The notes under the pieces are model-generated. The model made no database searches, was not told the origin of the DNA, and worked only from the letters and a program-made list of their open reading frames with translations. Made by a program: the position numbers and the translations under genes. A DNA stretch of 64,000 nt, taken from contig CM060734.1 in the NCBI GenBank assembly GCA_030704615.1, positions 13,020,001-13,084,000 on the forward strand, written 5' to 3'. This document shows positions 49,805 through 60,834 of the stretch, piece by piece. Position 1 is the stretch's first letter. Each line of letters opens with the position of its first letter. The stretch comes from Takakia lepidozioides (lineage: Eukaryota > Plantae > Bryophyta).

Positions 49805-50770
49805 GAAGGCATTTGCCTTCTGGACTTGTTTGGCGGGATCAGCACCGGATTGGCTGCTGTGCTACAGGCAGGTGTACGAGTTCGACGTTACCTGTATGTG
49901 GAGAGGGATGAGACTGCACGACGCGTCTCACTGCGCCATGTTGCTCAGTTGGTACAGCAGTACCCTGACTTGTTGCCAGTGTCTGCAGTTCGTGGATACC
50001 AACAAGCCTTGCCAGCAGACATTTCTTTGCTGGGGGCGCAGGATTTGGAGCAGGTTGGCTCCATTGATCTGGTAGTGGCAGGTTGGCCCTGCCAAGGGCA
50101 TTCATCAGCCGGGCATGGCAATGGATTGCGAGACTCGAGGACGGGTCTGTTTTGGGAGATGGTGCGGATTTTGCGCTGCTTGCAGCTTCATCAAGCTGTA
50201 TCTCCAGCATACATCTTGGAGAATGTGCCACTGATGGGTGATTCTCGGGCCAGGGTGATGGCCAGTGTGCATCAAGTCCGGTCGTGGCTTGGGTCAGCAG
50301 TGTTGCTGGATGCAGCTGCAGTGGGGTCACGGGCTCATCGTCCACGGCTATGGTGGACTAACTTGATGCCACCCGCACTGCTCAAGCGTGCATTTGATGG
50401 GGTGCAGCGGCCAGCACACCTCTAGTGGATGGCATTTTGGACACAGGGAGGCAGTCTCAACGTGTGAGACACGATGACCGTTCGCCTTTGGCAGTGGTCA
50501 ACAGGGTGGGTCAACCACGAGCAGCATTACCTACACTGCTCAGCTTCCCAGGATCCCATGCTTTTCGGGATGGTGGACCTGGCCTCCTGTGGGATGCTCA
50601 GTTGCAACAGTTAGTGGAGCCTAATGCCGACGAGCGAGAGCGGGCTATGGGGTTTTCCACTGGGACCACGGCGGTGCCTTCTCTTTCTGAGGCATCACGT
50701 CGTCAGGTGTTGGGGCAAGCAATGGATCTCAATTGCTTGACCTGGATTATCAGCTTGGCTATGGCTGAGC
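49805..50770 (+). pseudogene. DNMT3-like C5 cytosine DNA methyltransferase domain within Pol (one frameshift near 50420)
   Basis: Ordered motifs: I LLDLFGGISTG, II YLYVERD, III DI, IV VAGWPCQGHS, VI ILENV, VIII AHRPRLWWTN, IX ERERAMGFSTGTT, X RRQVLGQAM. Confidence 0.93.
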
Positions 50771-51099
50771 AACGTAGAGTGCGGAGTGCACTTCCCTTGA
50801 CGGTCTCTCTGCCTACCGAGACGGTACAGGCAGCGAGTGGGGGCGAGCCGGTGAGGACCACGGGGTGTAGACATCCATGGCACACGTGGGAGGTGCTCGA
50901 GGTTCAGAGGGAGTTGGCAGCCAAGGCAGCTGTGATGGATGAGGTTGGGGATTCTTCTCGGGATGAGGAGGTTCTCAATGATGAGATGATGGGGCAGGAT
51001 GAGGCCTTGTCATTGACTGAGCAGGAAGGGAGTACTGCTCAAGAGGTTGCAGCATAGCAACCACGGGACGCGTCCTCTACCTCTAAGCCCACTGGACTT

Positions 51100-54000
51100 A
51101 AGGTTGCAGTTACGGAGGACAATTGGGAGCCTGACATTGGACCCATTGTCACCGGAGGAGAGAGACGACGTATACGGCGGTTCCTGAGGGCTTACAGGAA
51201 TTGCTTTGCCTTCAGTTTGAAGGACTTGGGAGCACTGAAGGGTCAAGAGATCCGTATTGAGTTGGCCACTGACACGCCAATCTTTCGGAGACCCTATAGA
51301 TACAGTGACATGGAGAGGTCTTTGATTCAGATGAGGACTCAAGATCTCTGGGAGGCAGGTTTGGTGGAGCTCTCTGGTGGAGAGTATGCTTCAGCCACAG
51401 TGATGCCAGCCAAGAAGGATGTCTATGGCAATTGGACGGAGAGACGTATGTGCGGTGATTACCGGCCTGTAAATCGTCAGACCAAGTCCGATAGGTATGC
51501 CATGCCGACACCAGAGGAGATCTTTGATGCCATTGGGCATTCCAAGGTCTTTAGCACGTTGGATTTACGATCCGGATATCACCAGTTGCCGATCAAGGAG
51601 GCGGATAAGCAAAAGACGGCATTCTGGGGGATCAATGAGCACGGGAAGGATTGCCTATACCAGTGGCGGTTCTTACCATTTGGGCTTAAAAACGCTCCCG
51701 CTGAGTTTCAAAGAGTCATGGACAGGATTCTAGCAGGGGTGGAGTTTGCTCGGTGCTACATAGATGACATCATCATCTTTAGTGCTACGGTGGAGGAGCA
51801 TGAGAGACACCTTCAGGGGGTATTTGAGCGCTTGAGGACGCACGGATTGAAGTTACATCCGGGAAAGTGCAAGTTTTTCCACAACCAGATTGAGTATCTG
51901 GGTCACATGATATATCCTGGAGGATTGGGGGTACAGCAGACTAAGGTAGAGTCCATTGCACAGGTTCCACGCCCCACGGATGTGAGCCGAGTTCGAGCTT
52001 TCATGGGGTTAGCAAACTATTACAGACGGTTTGTTAAGGGATTTAGTGCCATTGCAAAGGCTCTACCAAGCTGACCAAGGTGGACCAGGAGTGGCAGTGG
52101 GAAGATGAGCAAGAACAAGCTTTTCAAGAGCTCAAGGCGAGGTTGACCTCGGCGCCCATCTTGAGACGACCTATCAGGGGGCGTCCTTTTCAGCTGCATA
52201 CAGATTGGAGCATGCTGGGGCTTGGAGCGGTGCTCACACAGGTGTGATGATGAGGGAAGAGAGTTCGTAGTGGCTTATGCTAGCCGCTCGAACAATGCTG
52301 CAGAGTCTAAGTATAGCTCATATGAGGGAGAATGCTTAGCTGCAGTGTGGGCCGTGGCACACTTCAGGTGCTATCTATACGGCAATCTCTTCACCCTTGT
52401 CACGGATCACCAACCACTCAAGTGGTTGATGGAGTCAGACAAGCTTACGGGGAAGCTTGCACGGTGGGCACTCATCCTTCAAGAGTATGACTTTCAGGTG
52501 GTGCATCGACCGGGTTTGGTCAATGCAATGCAGATGGGTTGAGTCGCAATCCATGCACGAGCCAGCAGGATGACACTGGAGCTCGGTGGCATGGTGAGAC
52601 GGACGAGGAGATGGTGCCCGGATGGCATGCATCTGCATTTCTGTGTATTTTGGCAGCGGAAGGCCAGGTTGGACCTGCAACAGGGATGACTGTAGATCAA
52701 GTGTCTGAGGACCCTGAGGCCAGCAATGAGCAAGGTGGCGCCAAAGATATACATGAGGATTCAGTTGTGTTGGACTACCTCCGCAGTGGAGACACGGCAG
52801 CCACTGTGACTGCCAAGGAGAGGGATCGGATCCTACAACGAGCCAAGAGGTTCAAGTGGGAGGGGACACACCTGCTCCGAGTGTGGGAGGATGGTCGAGT
52901 GAGGATTGTGCCTCACCCAACACAGCGGGCACGGTTAGTGCGCCATGCCCATGAGGAGTTGGGGCATTTTGGGGTGCGACGCACTCATAGTCTACTGCAG
53001 GGGCAGTATTGGTGGCGTGGTATGCACACAGAGGTGCAACAATTTGTGGCTAGGTGCATGGTGTGTGACAGGGTGCGTGCTTCATTCAACGCCCCTACTC
53101 CACAATTGCACCCTCTTCCGATCATGGGATTGGGCTACAGGTGGAGTCTTGACTTCGCAGGGCCGTTGCCACTGACCATGCGCCACAACAAGTACGTGTT
53201 GGTGATGGTGGAGCACTTCTCCAAGTGGATTGAATTGGTTCCATTGCCTGATAAGGCTAGTGAGGGAGCTGCGTATGCATTCCTGGATTGTGTGCTTAGC
53301 CGATTCGGTGCTCCAGCTGAGGTACTCACGGACCAAGGGAGAGAGTTCTTGGGGGAGTTTCAGGCTTTGTGTGACAAGGCCTTGATAGACCACCGCACCA
53401 CTTCTCGGGATCATCCTGAGGCCGATGGCTTGGCAGAGAGAGTTGTTCAGACAGTAAAGAGGGGTTTGCGCAAGTATGGCTTGCAGAAGGGACACCTAGG
53501 AGATTGGGACCTTCAGTTACCCTGGTTAGCCATGGGCTACAGGTTCAGCAAGCAAGCATCACTTGCCTCCTTCTCACCATACTTTCTTCTCTTTGGCCAA
53601 GAGCCGGATTTGCCTACATCCATTCGCAGAGAAGCTGCTACAGTTCTTAACCTTGACGATCCGGACGTGTGGGCACGTGCATGTGAGCAGCGTGCAGAGT
53701 TGTTCAAGAGAGTCATGCCCATGGCTTTCAAGAACCTTGCCATTGCACAACACCGTGATACGTTGAGGTATGCTACCATACGTGGTGGGGGCTATCGTCC
53801 TGGGGTTCGGAGATTCAACCCTGGTGACTATGTCTATCTGCAGCAGACTGCTCCTACGACCCTGGATGTGACTGCAGGACGTGTTATTTTGAGGGTTCGA
53901 GAGGTCTTGCCCTCAGGCGTCTTGGTCTTGGAGGGTCGGGATGGCATAACTTGGAAGGACCATGTGCGTAATTGTGCGTCATGTCACCTTCCGAATGTCG

Positions 54001-54190
54001 ATGGCAGGATTGACCCAAACCTGGTAGTGGTATCTGCAGGTTTGAGGTGCATGTTGTGTGGGTCTGCTAAGGGGCAGCCACCATGCTGGTGTGCGATCGA
54101 TGCTCTAGAGGTTGGCATATGGGATGCTTGACTCCACCTCTTGAGATGGTTCCGGATGGGGATTGGTTATGTCCACATTGCATTGGATAG
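51100..54190 (+). pseudogene. pol: RT - RNaseH - DDE integrase - PHD finger (several single-base frameshifts)
   Basis: LDLRSGYHQ, LPFGLKNAP, YIDDIIIF; HTDWS, YEGECLA, TDHQPL; HEELGH..CMVC, SLDFAGP, LTDQGREF, AERVV; CMLC..CDRC..H..C..CPHC. Confidence 0.95.
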
Positions 54191-54439
54191 TGGGAGTGGA
54201 TACAACCATGGAAGGCTAACAAGAAACGCAAGGCCCAGCTACTAGGAGACCTTGAACACACGAGGTCCTGGCTCAAGTTCACAGATTGCAAGATGGCGAC
54301 TAACGATGGGGCTACTCTTGTACCCGGCCTCTTGGTCTATAGAGTTTGAGTACAATAGGGACAGTGATAGAGGACTTAGTACGGCTGTGGCTATTACATC
54401 TTGTAGCTATCTGGAGGTAGAGGGACCTATCCACCAGCT

Positions 54440-54450
54440 AGGGGGGCGAT
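54440..54450 (+). promoter_or_regulatory. Polypurine tract AGGGGGGCGAT
   Basis: Directly precedes B1; same position at 14205-14215, 16690-16700 (-) and 59695-59706 (-). Confidence 0.8.
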
Positions 54451-54972
54451 TGTGGCAGACTACTTTATTGTGCATATATGTGTGGTGTGGTTTGGACAGC
54501 GATGTAGTTGTGTAGCGATATGTATGCGCACGACAGCTGTCAAGTTAAATAAGCACAGTGTGAAAACAGCTAGAATAAAACTAGTTATTTGTATTTAACA
54601 CTTGGATTTAGGTCAAGTGTTAAATCAGGTGTCAAGTTTAGTTTGACACCTGGTCCGTCTTATCTTCACGAGAGCGGCAGTCGCGCAGCTCATCTCTCTC
54701 GAGTTGAGCCTGCGCGACCGAGCTCCTGCATGCGTTTAGATTTGAGTGTGCTTATGTAGGGGTACAGGTTGTTGTGGGGTGGAGTCCCCATAGCTTGGGG
54801 TGCCCCTGGCTCGACTACTATTTCTAAGAGTGATGGTTTGGTTTTCATGTTTTGTGTCAACAATGTGTTCGTTGGATTTCTATCCATTGTGGCAGACTAC
54901 TTTATTGTGCATATATGTGTGGTGTGGTTTGGACAGCGATGTAGTTGTGTAGCGATATGTATGCGCACGACA
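54451..54972 (+). repeat. Split terminal repeat block B1(54451-54535)-gc-A2(54538-54886)-t-B2(54888-54972)
   Basis: Two 85-bp B repeats, identical by eye, flanking a second copy of A. Confidence 0.95.
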
Positions 54973-55715
54973 CACTCACACACTCCCCATAGGACATACG
55001 TCACTAAAGTTCACATAGGCTATCAAGTAGATGAACCAAATGTACTTTGAAACAACAACTACTCTATCTTAAAATGTATTAGCAAACCACAGTATACAGT
55101 GTGGGCGGGTTGAAGACAAGCCATGTGATCAAGCTCTTTCTTTCAGTGTGTGTGTTGAGGAGCGTTTGGTAACCCACTCTACTACCCCTAAAGTTCTCTC
55201 CTCAAAGCTCATGAGTCACCTGCACGTACACAAGAAGTACAGCTTTAGCTAAAATGATATCTTTATCAATGATTGGGGGAACTCATGCCAGTATGGGAAT
55301 GTGCTTACTCATGGGCAGATCTTGTCATTTGGTGATCCAAGAAGGCTTCCATCATACATAGCGCCACCACCGCTCCACCACCGCTCACTCTTGTTGTTGC
55401 ATTCTTCTCTCACTACTTCTCGTCCTCCAACTGATTTGATCCTTTCACTTTTAGGGCACCTCTGCCCTAAAAACCCTTCATCACTTCATTTCTCTCTCCC
55501 TTTCCCTCGCTCTCGCTCTCTCTCTCTCATCACTCTCCTTTAGGCTACGCGACTCATCTCGTGACTTAGGCCTTACCACAAGCAAAGGATGGACGGGCAG
55601 CAGGAATAGACGGGCAGCATGTATATTCAGCTTATACTCTCGTATGTATATGTGTATACGATGCATATACATATACATATACATGATATATGTTATATTG
55701 TAAAAATTTATAGTT

Positions 55716-55885
55716 TGCAATTCAATTGAATTGCGAGTTGACAATTCAATTGAATTGTCATTTCGCAATTCACTTGAGTTGTGTACCGACAATTCAATTG
55801 AATTGCAAGTTAGGGTTCTTTTCAAGCTGGTTTTTGCAATTCAATTGAATTGCGCACTTTTAGGGGGGTGATCAAGTGAATTGCG
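55716..55885. repeat. Cluster of palindromes CAATTCAATTGAATTG
   Basis: Four perfect and one or two degenerate copies within 170 bp. Confidence 0.8.
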
Positions 55886-55899
55886 ATGCATTTCACATC

Positions 55900-56692
55900 A
55901 AGCCCTATTTGGAATTCCCTAGCTATCACATGGCACTACAAAATTTTTTTTCCCCAAAGCTGCATTTGCATCAGCCTGTGCATTCAATGCTTTTCTAGCA
56001 GCTCTTCTCACCTTCCGCAGATAATTGGCCTTGTCTTTGCCAGTCAGAGGTGTCCCATCTGGAGCTTCTGCTCCCGTGCCTCCACCATCCATGGAAGGAA
56101 CTGTCCGCGGAGAGGATCCCTTGCCGCCCCGAGCTCTAGGATGCACTTAAGCGTATTGGGGGGTGCTCACGCCCGGCGAGGTTGGGAAATGAAGAGACCG
56201 TTGCGCATGGCTGTTGGTTGCTATTGTGGGCTGCAAGGGAAATTGGCCATGTGCATTCTGCAAGTACATAGGACTTCTAGGATACTGTGACGGTGGAGGA
56301 AAAGCAGGTTGGGGAGGATTGGGGTGAGGATACCACACGCCTTCATGGTAATGACCATGAGGAGAAGGTGCATGTTGTCCATCCCAGCATGTTCAAAGGA
56401 GTGCCGCATAGGTGGAGGACTACTGGCAGGTGGACAGGATGGCAGCCTGACTGGCAGGTTTTGAGCAGGTGGAACAGGAAAAAATGCCGATGCGCCATCG
56501 CATAGCCAGGAACATGCAAAGTCTGAGAAGGATACTGCGCATACAGGGGACTGGGTTTAGGATACACTAGACCTGAATTTGGATCACAAATTGGGGGAGG
56601 GACTCTTTCACTTGAACCTATTTCACCAAGTGGAGAACTATTGTTGAAGACTACCTGCCCTGGAACTTGTTTCTTCCTTCTTGCTCCTGCCT
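55900..56692 (-). pseudogene. Degraded proline-rich exon-like fragment of unknown origin
   Basis: Acceptor-like tttgcag near 56692; chained broken ORFs 56343-56771, 56147-56338, 55919-56146 ending in a basic helix. Confidence 0.3.
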
Positions 56693-57269
56693 GCAAACAT
56701 ACAGGAAACATACAAATCAGAAGACGAATATTCGTCACACATACCCTGCAACCACCAACCATACCATGCAAATAGCATCACATTGGGTGCAGCAGAAATC
56801 TGACCCAAAATGTGTTGAGGTCTGATCCATTGAACTTGTGAAAAGTGACAGGTGACGTCCTCCCTCTACGTTTCAACTCTCTCTCTGCCTTTTGTTAAAA
56901 TTGTGCTTTGTCCGATGAATCTGTCCCCAATCACCATCCTACATGGCAACCACTACAAAATAAACGTCGGCTTTTTGTACAAAAACCTCCCCCCTCTATG
57001 ATGGTGAAGATGTCATGGTCATAACAATTACTTTCAATGAGTGGCTGCAAAGATGGAGGCATCACAATCTATTTAATCTTGCCAGCCTGCATTGGCAGAC
57101 ATGACATGCAAGGATTGACTACGACCACAGAGCCCTGTGACCCTCCCATGAGACCCTCCATGAGACCTCTCATGCAACCCACTGCAATGCAAAGTATGCA
57201 ATGCGTCAACTCTGCCCCATCCCCAAGTTCGTTGGACTAATGATATTCATATCTGTGTTGGGCAAGAGA

Positions 57270-57548
57270 CATGTGCTAAAGCTGAAACTGAAGGGTGGCG
57301 TGAATATGAATGACCTCTTTGTGGGTTGTGTTTACATGCCCACAGAGGCGACCCTTGCTATTGACGCAGACAAAGCCTTCGAAGAGGTAAGGCTGGAATA
57401 TGCTCAGCTCCTTGCCAAAGATCAAGTGGTTCTCTTGGGTGGTTTCAATGCCCGGGTGGGCAAAGGTCTCCATCAGGATGATACCATTGAGCCTTTTGGT
57501 GAGGACGAACTGAATTCTATGACTGCAACGAGTGTAGTGGACTCGTGA
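57270..57548 (+). mobile_element. LINE endonuclease remnant
   Basis: LFVGCVYMP and VVLLGGFNARVG (GDFNARVG-type) APE motifs. Confidence 0.7.
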
Positions 57549-58146
57549 GAAACCCCAAAGCGCTGGGTCTCACTAAATTTTGCCACTGCAAAGGGATAAA
57601 CTCTAAGGTCAAGAAAATCTTACTTTGTCACGTTATTTGACCTGCCTTGGAGTGCACATCTGCAATATGGGTTCATAACTCTAACCAGGCTAAGGCTCTA
57701 GAATCCATTCAACTGGGGGTGCTTAAGGACTGCATGTCAGCATGCTGTGGCTGTTTGGGGCGAGGTAGACATCCATTCCTTAAGCCAACGACAAGATGAA
57801 TTCAAGGTCAGAACCAGATATCCTAAGTTAATCGACTCTCTATCTTGGAAATAGGACGGCCCTGTCAAAGAGGCTAAGTCCTGCCAGAAGAGAGTAGAAG
57901 AGATTCTCGGGGATCTGAGGTGGTCTACAACGGCAAACAACGTCTTATGAGTACATTCTGCCCATCCCCTGTTGTTCTCTCATGCGCATGGGATAATAAT
58001 GCAACAATGATGAAAGTAAACAGTTCACTAATCTAAGTATGCCTTGTAATACTCAGAGCACATTACTGACATGCAAACCTCGAGCTACTGCTTGAAGCTA
58101 CCTTGGTATAATGCCCTTGCAACCCTATGAACTCTATCTTTCGCTC

Positions 58147-60360
58147 ACTATTGCAGAACTCTCTATGAAGAGTGCATGAAGTAGAACACAAATCAAGTTT
58201 GGAGTGCAAAACAGGGAAGAAACTGTGGTTTTGGGTCCAAATGAATTTTGATCGCTTCCAAATTTGGCACGCACGTTGCATATGGCTACATTACATGCCC
58301 CATTAAAAAACGGAATGAAAAAAAATCGTGAGCACGCGAAACACAGTCCAACAGGTCCCAAAGCAATAGCAGCTCCAACAGAATACATTCAACGGGTGAA
58401 CGGATGGTTCCCCATCCAAATCATTTTTGTTAGCTTCCAAACTTTGCCAGCACGTTCCAGACACCCTCTCACAAGTCCCGGACTAATATCAAATCAATCG
58501 AAATTCATTCGATGGCTCAACGGATGGTTGGCCATCGAAATGATTTTGGTTCGCTTTGAGACTTGGCCACTATGTTCAATGTGCCATGTAAGAAATCCAA
58601 GATTTTTTTTCTATTCTAGCCGTGACAGAATGAGTTCTTATGTGGAAGAAGTAAATATGTTAGAGTGCTGAAAAGTAGACTACTGAAACTCTGATACGTC
58701 CCAGTGTAATACGAGATCAATCGAAAATCGTTCGATTGTCCAATGAGGCATTCACTTGTCATCTGGTTTTTGTTCAATGCGAATAAAGAAATCCTACAAT
58801 GCGTGCACGACTATTGCACCCATTGAACGGATGTGGTTGAAGCCCCTCTTTTGCCCGCATGTGTGCGACACATGTGCGGAGACACAACAGACGAATAAAT
58901 CATTTGCCTCCCCATCGGCGCGCTCCCCCCTCAAGCCATTCCACAATTTAAATGAATTTAAATTTATTTTAAGCCAATAAATAGGTTTGCACTGCCTTTC
59001 AGTGGGGGTTTCTGGCATGTATCGATTTTGTTTTTGGCTCAATTTTGTTTTGCGGCTTCCAGCATCCCACGGCTACTCCCCCGCCAAAATTTGGACCAAT
59101 AAAAAATGCCCCAAAAAAAAAGTGTCATCATTTGCTCATTATTGCAGAACTCTCTATGAAGAGTGCATGAAGTAGAACACAAATCAAATTTGGAGTGCAA
59201 AACAGGGAAGAAACTGTGGTTTTGGGTCCCAATGAATTTTGATCGCTCCCAAATTTGGCACGCACGTTGCATATGGCTACATTACACGCCCCATTCAAAA
59301 ACGGAATGAAAAAAATCGTGAGCACGCGAAACACAGTCCAACGAGTCCCAAAGCAATAACCAACAGAATACATTCAACGGATGAACGGATGGTTCCCCAT
59401 CCAAATCATTTTTGTTAGCTTCCAAACTTTTCCAACACGTTCCAGACACCCTCTCACAAGTCCCGGACTAATATCAGAATAATCGAAATTCATTCGATGG
59501 CTCAACGGATGGTTGGCCATCGAAATGATTTTGGTTCGCTTTGAGACTTGACCACTATGTTCAATATGCCATGTAAGAGGCCCCAGAGTAATATGAGATC
59601 AATCGAAATTCATTCAATGGGCCAACGGATGGTTGCCCAGTCAGTCATTAGGCTGCCACTATGCTGCCCACTATGGCAGTCAGTAGTCCACACAATCGCC
59701 CCCCTAGCTGGTGCTTAGGTCCCTCTAAGTCGAAGTAGCCACAAGATGTGATAGTGACCATAGCCTCACTAAGTCCTCCACCACTGTCCCTACTACACTC
59801 AAACTCGATAGATCAAGAGGTCGGGTGCAAGAGTTGCCCCATCGTTAGTCGTCGTTTTGCAACCTGTGAACTTGAGCCTGAGATCTCGATTTTTGTTCGC
59901 TTTGAAACTTGGCCAATGTGTTCAATGTACCCTCTGATACGTCCCAGTGTAATACGAGATCAATCGAAAATCGTTCGATTGTCCAATGAGGCATTCACTT
60001 GTCATCTGGTTTTTGTTCAATGCGAAAAAGAAATCTTGCAATGCGTGCACGACTATTGCACCCATTGAACGGATGTGGTTGAAGCCCCTCTTTTGCCCGC
60101 ATGTGCTTGAACATGTGTGCGACACATGTGCGGAGACACAACAGACAAATAAATCATTTGCCTCCCCATCGGCGCGCTTCCCCCTCAACCCATTCCACAA
60201 TTTAATTGAATTTAAATTTATTTTAAGCCAATAAATAGGTTTGCACTGCCTTTCAGTGGGGGTTTCTGGCACGTATCGATTTTGTTTTTGGCTCAATTTT
60301 GTTCTGCGGCTTCCAGCATCCCACGGCTACTCCCCCGCCAAAAAATGCCCTAAAAAAAAA
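58147..60360. repeat. Two tandem ~1.0-1.2-kb units (58147-59139, 59140-60360) with internal ~125-bp subrepeats
   Basis: ATTGCAGAACTCTCTATGAAGAG... and TGCGGAGACACAACAGAC... blocks occur twice in the same order. Confidence 0.85.
59639..59888 (-). mobile_element. 250-bp fragment of the DNMT/PHD family (part of B, PPT, 3' UTR) inserted in the tandem repeat
   Basis: Matches ~16634-16883. Confidence 0.9.
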
Positions 60361-60834
60361 GTGTTTTTTTTCGCTCGCTCAGTATGACAATATTCATAAT
60401 TTGAACAGCCTTCTTTGAAGACATAACTTGTGTAGCATACCTTTCTGATCGGTAATAGAGTAATCAGTAAAGCTAAACGAGAAAACCAAATCTCACTTAT
60501 ACTGCTACTTTCCCATGGTGCTCGTGCAATATTGACCACTCCTCCATTCTATCCCCATTTATCATCTTCTTTCGCAATTGAAAGAAAGATCTTCTGTTGT
60601 ATTGCTACTGATAAACCCTGAAACTTTTCCATGAATGTTTTCCGTTCATTTGCTTCCGTTGACTTGTCCTCTCGTGATTTCAGGAAATCACTGAGTAGCC
60701 ATCATTCCTTAAGTTTACTGGAACTCAACATACCGTTAGTCCCCAGTATGGTGGCGAAATGTTACCGCTGGTTCATGACTTAGGCGAAATGGGCTTTCAT
60801 TAGTACAGTCCATTTTCCGAGGCACTTATCAGAG

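Larger units (their letters stand above)
43033..54972 (+). mobile_element. DNMT/PHD Ty3/Gypsy element with split terminal repeats, most complete copy (~11.9 kb)
   Basis: A1 43033-43377, self-complementary PBS, gag-PR-DNMT-RT-RH-INT-PHD, PPT, B1-gc-A2-t-B2; outer ends TGTC...GACA. No clean TSD. Confidence 0.88.

Noticed and set aside
49445-51057. Host or bacterial methyltransferase gene
   Set aside because: Intronless, continuous with protease and RT, and repeated in other element copies.
54538-54886. A as a solo LTR inserted with an 85-bp duplication (B as TSD)
   Set aside because: The same layout with fixed gc and t spacers occurs in three divergent copies, and B sits exactly at the PPT.
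54451-54972. DIRS/PAT/Ngaro tyrosine-recombinase element, suggested by split repeats plus a methyltransferase
   Set aside because: The element has an aspartic protease, Gypsy-type RT, a PPT and an HHCC-DDE integrase; its MTase is C5-cytosine type (PC, ENV), not the Dam-like type of DIRS; no R-H-R-Y recombinase motif was seen.
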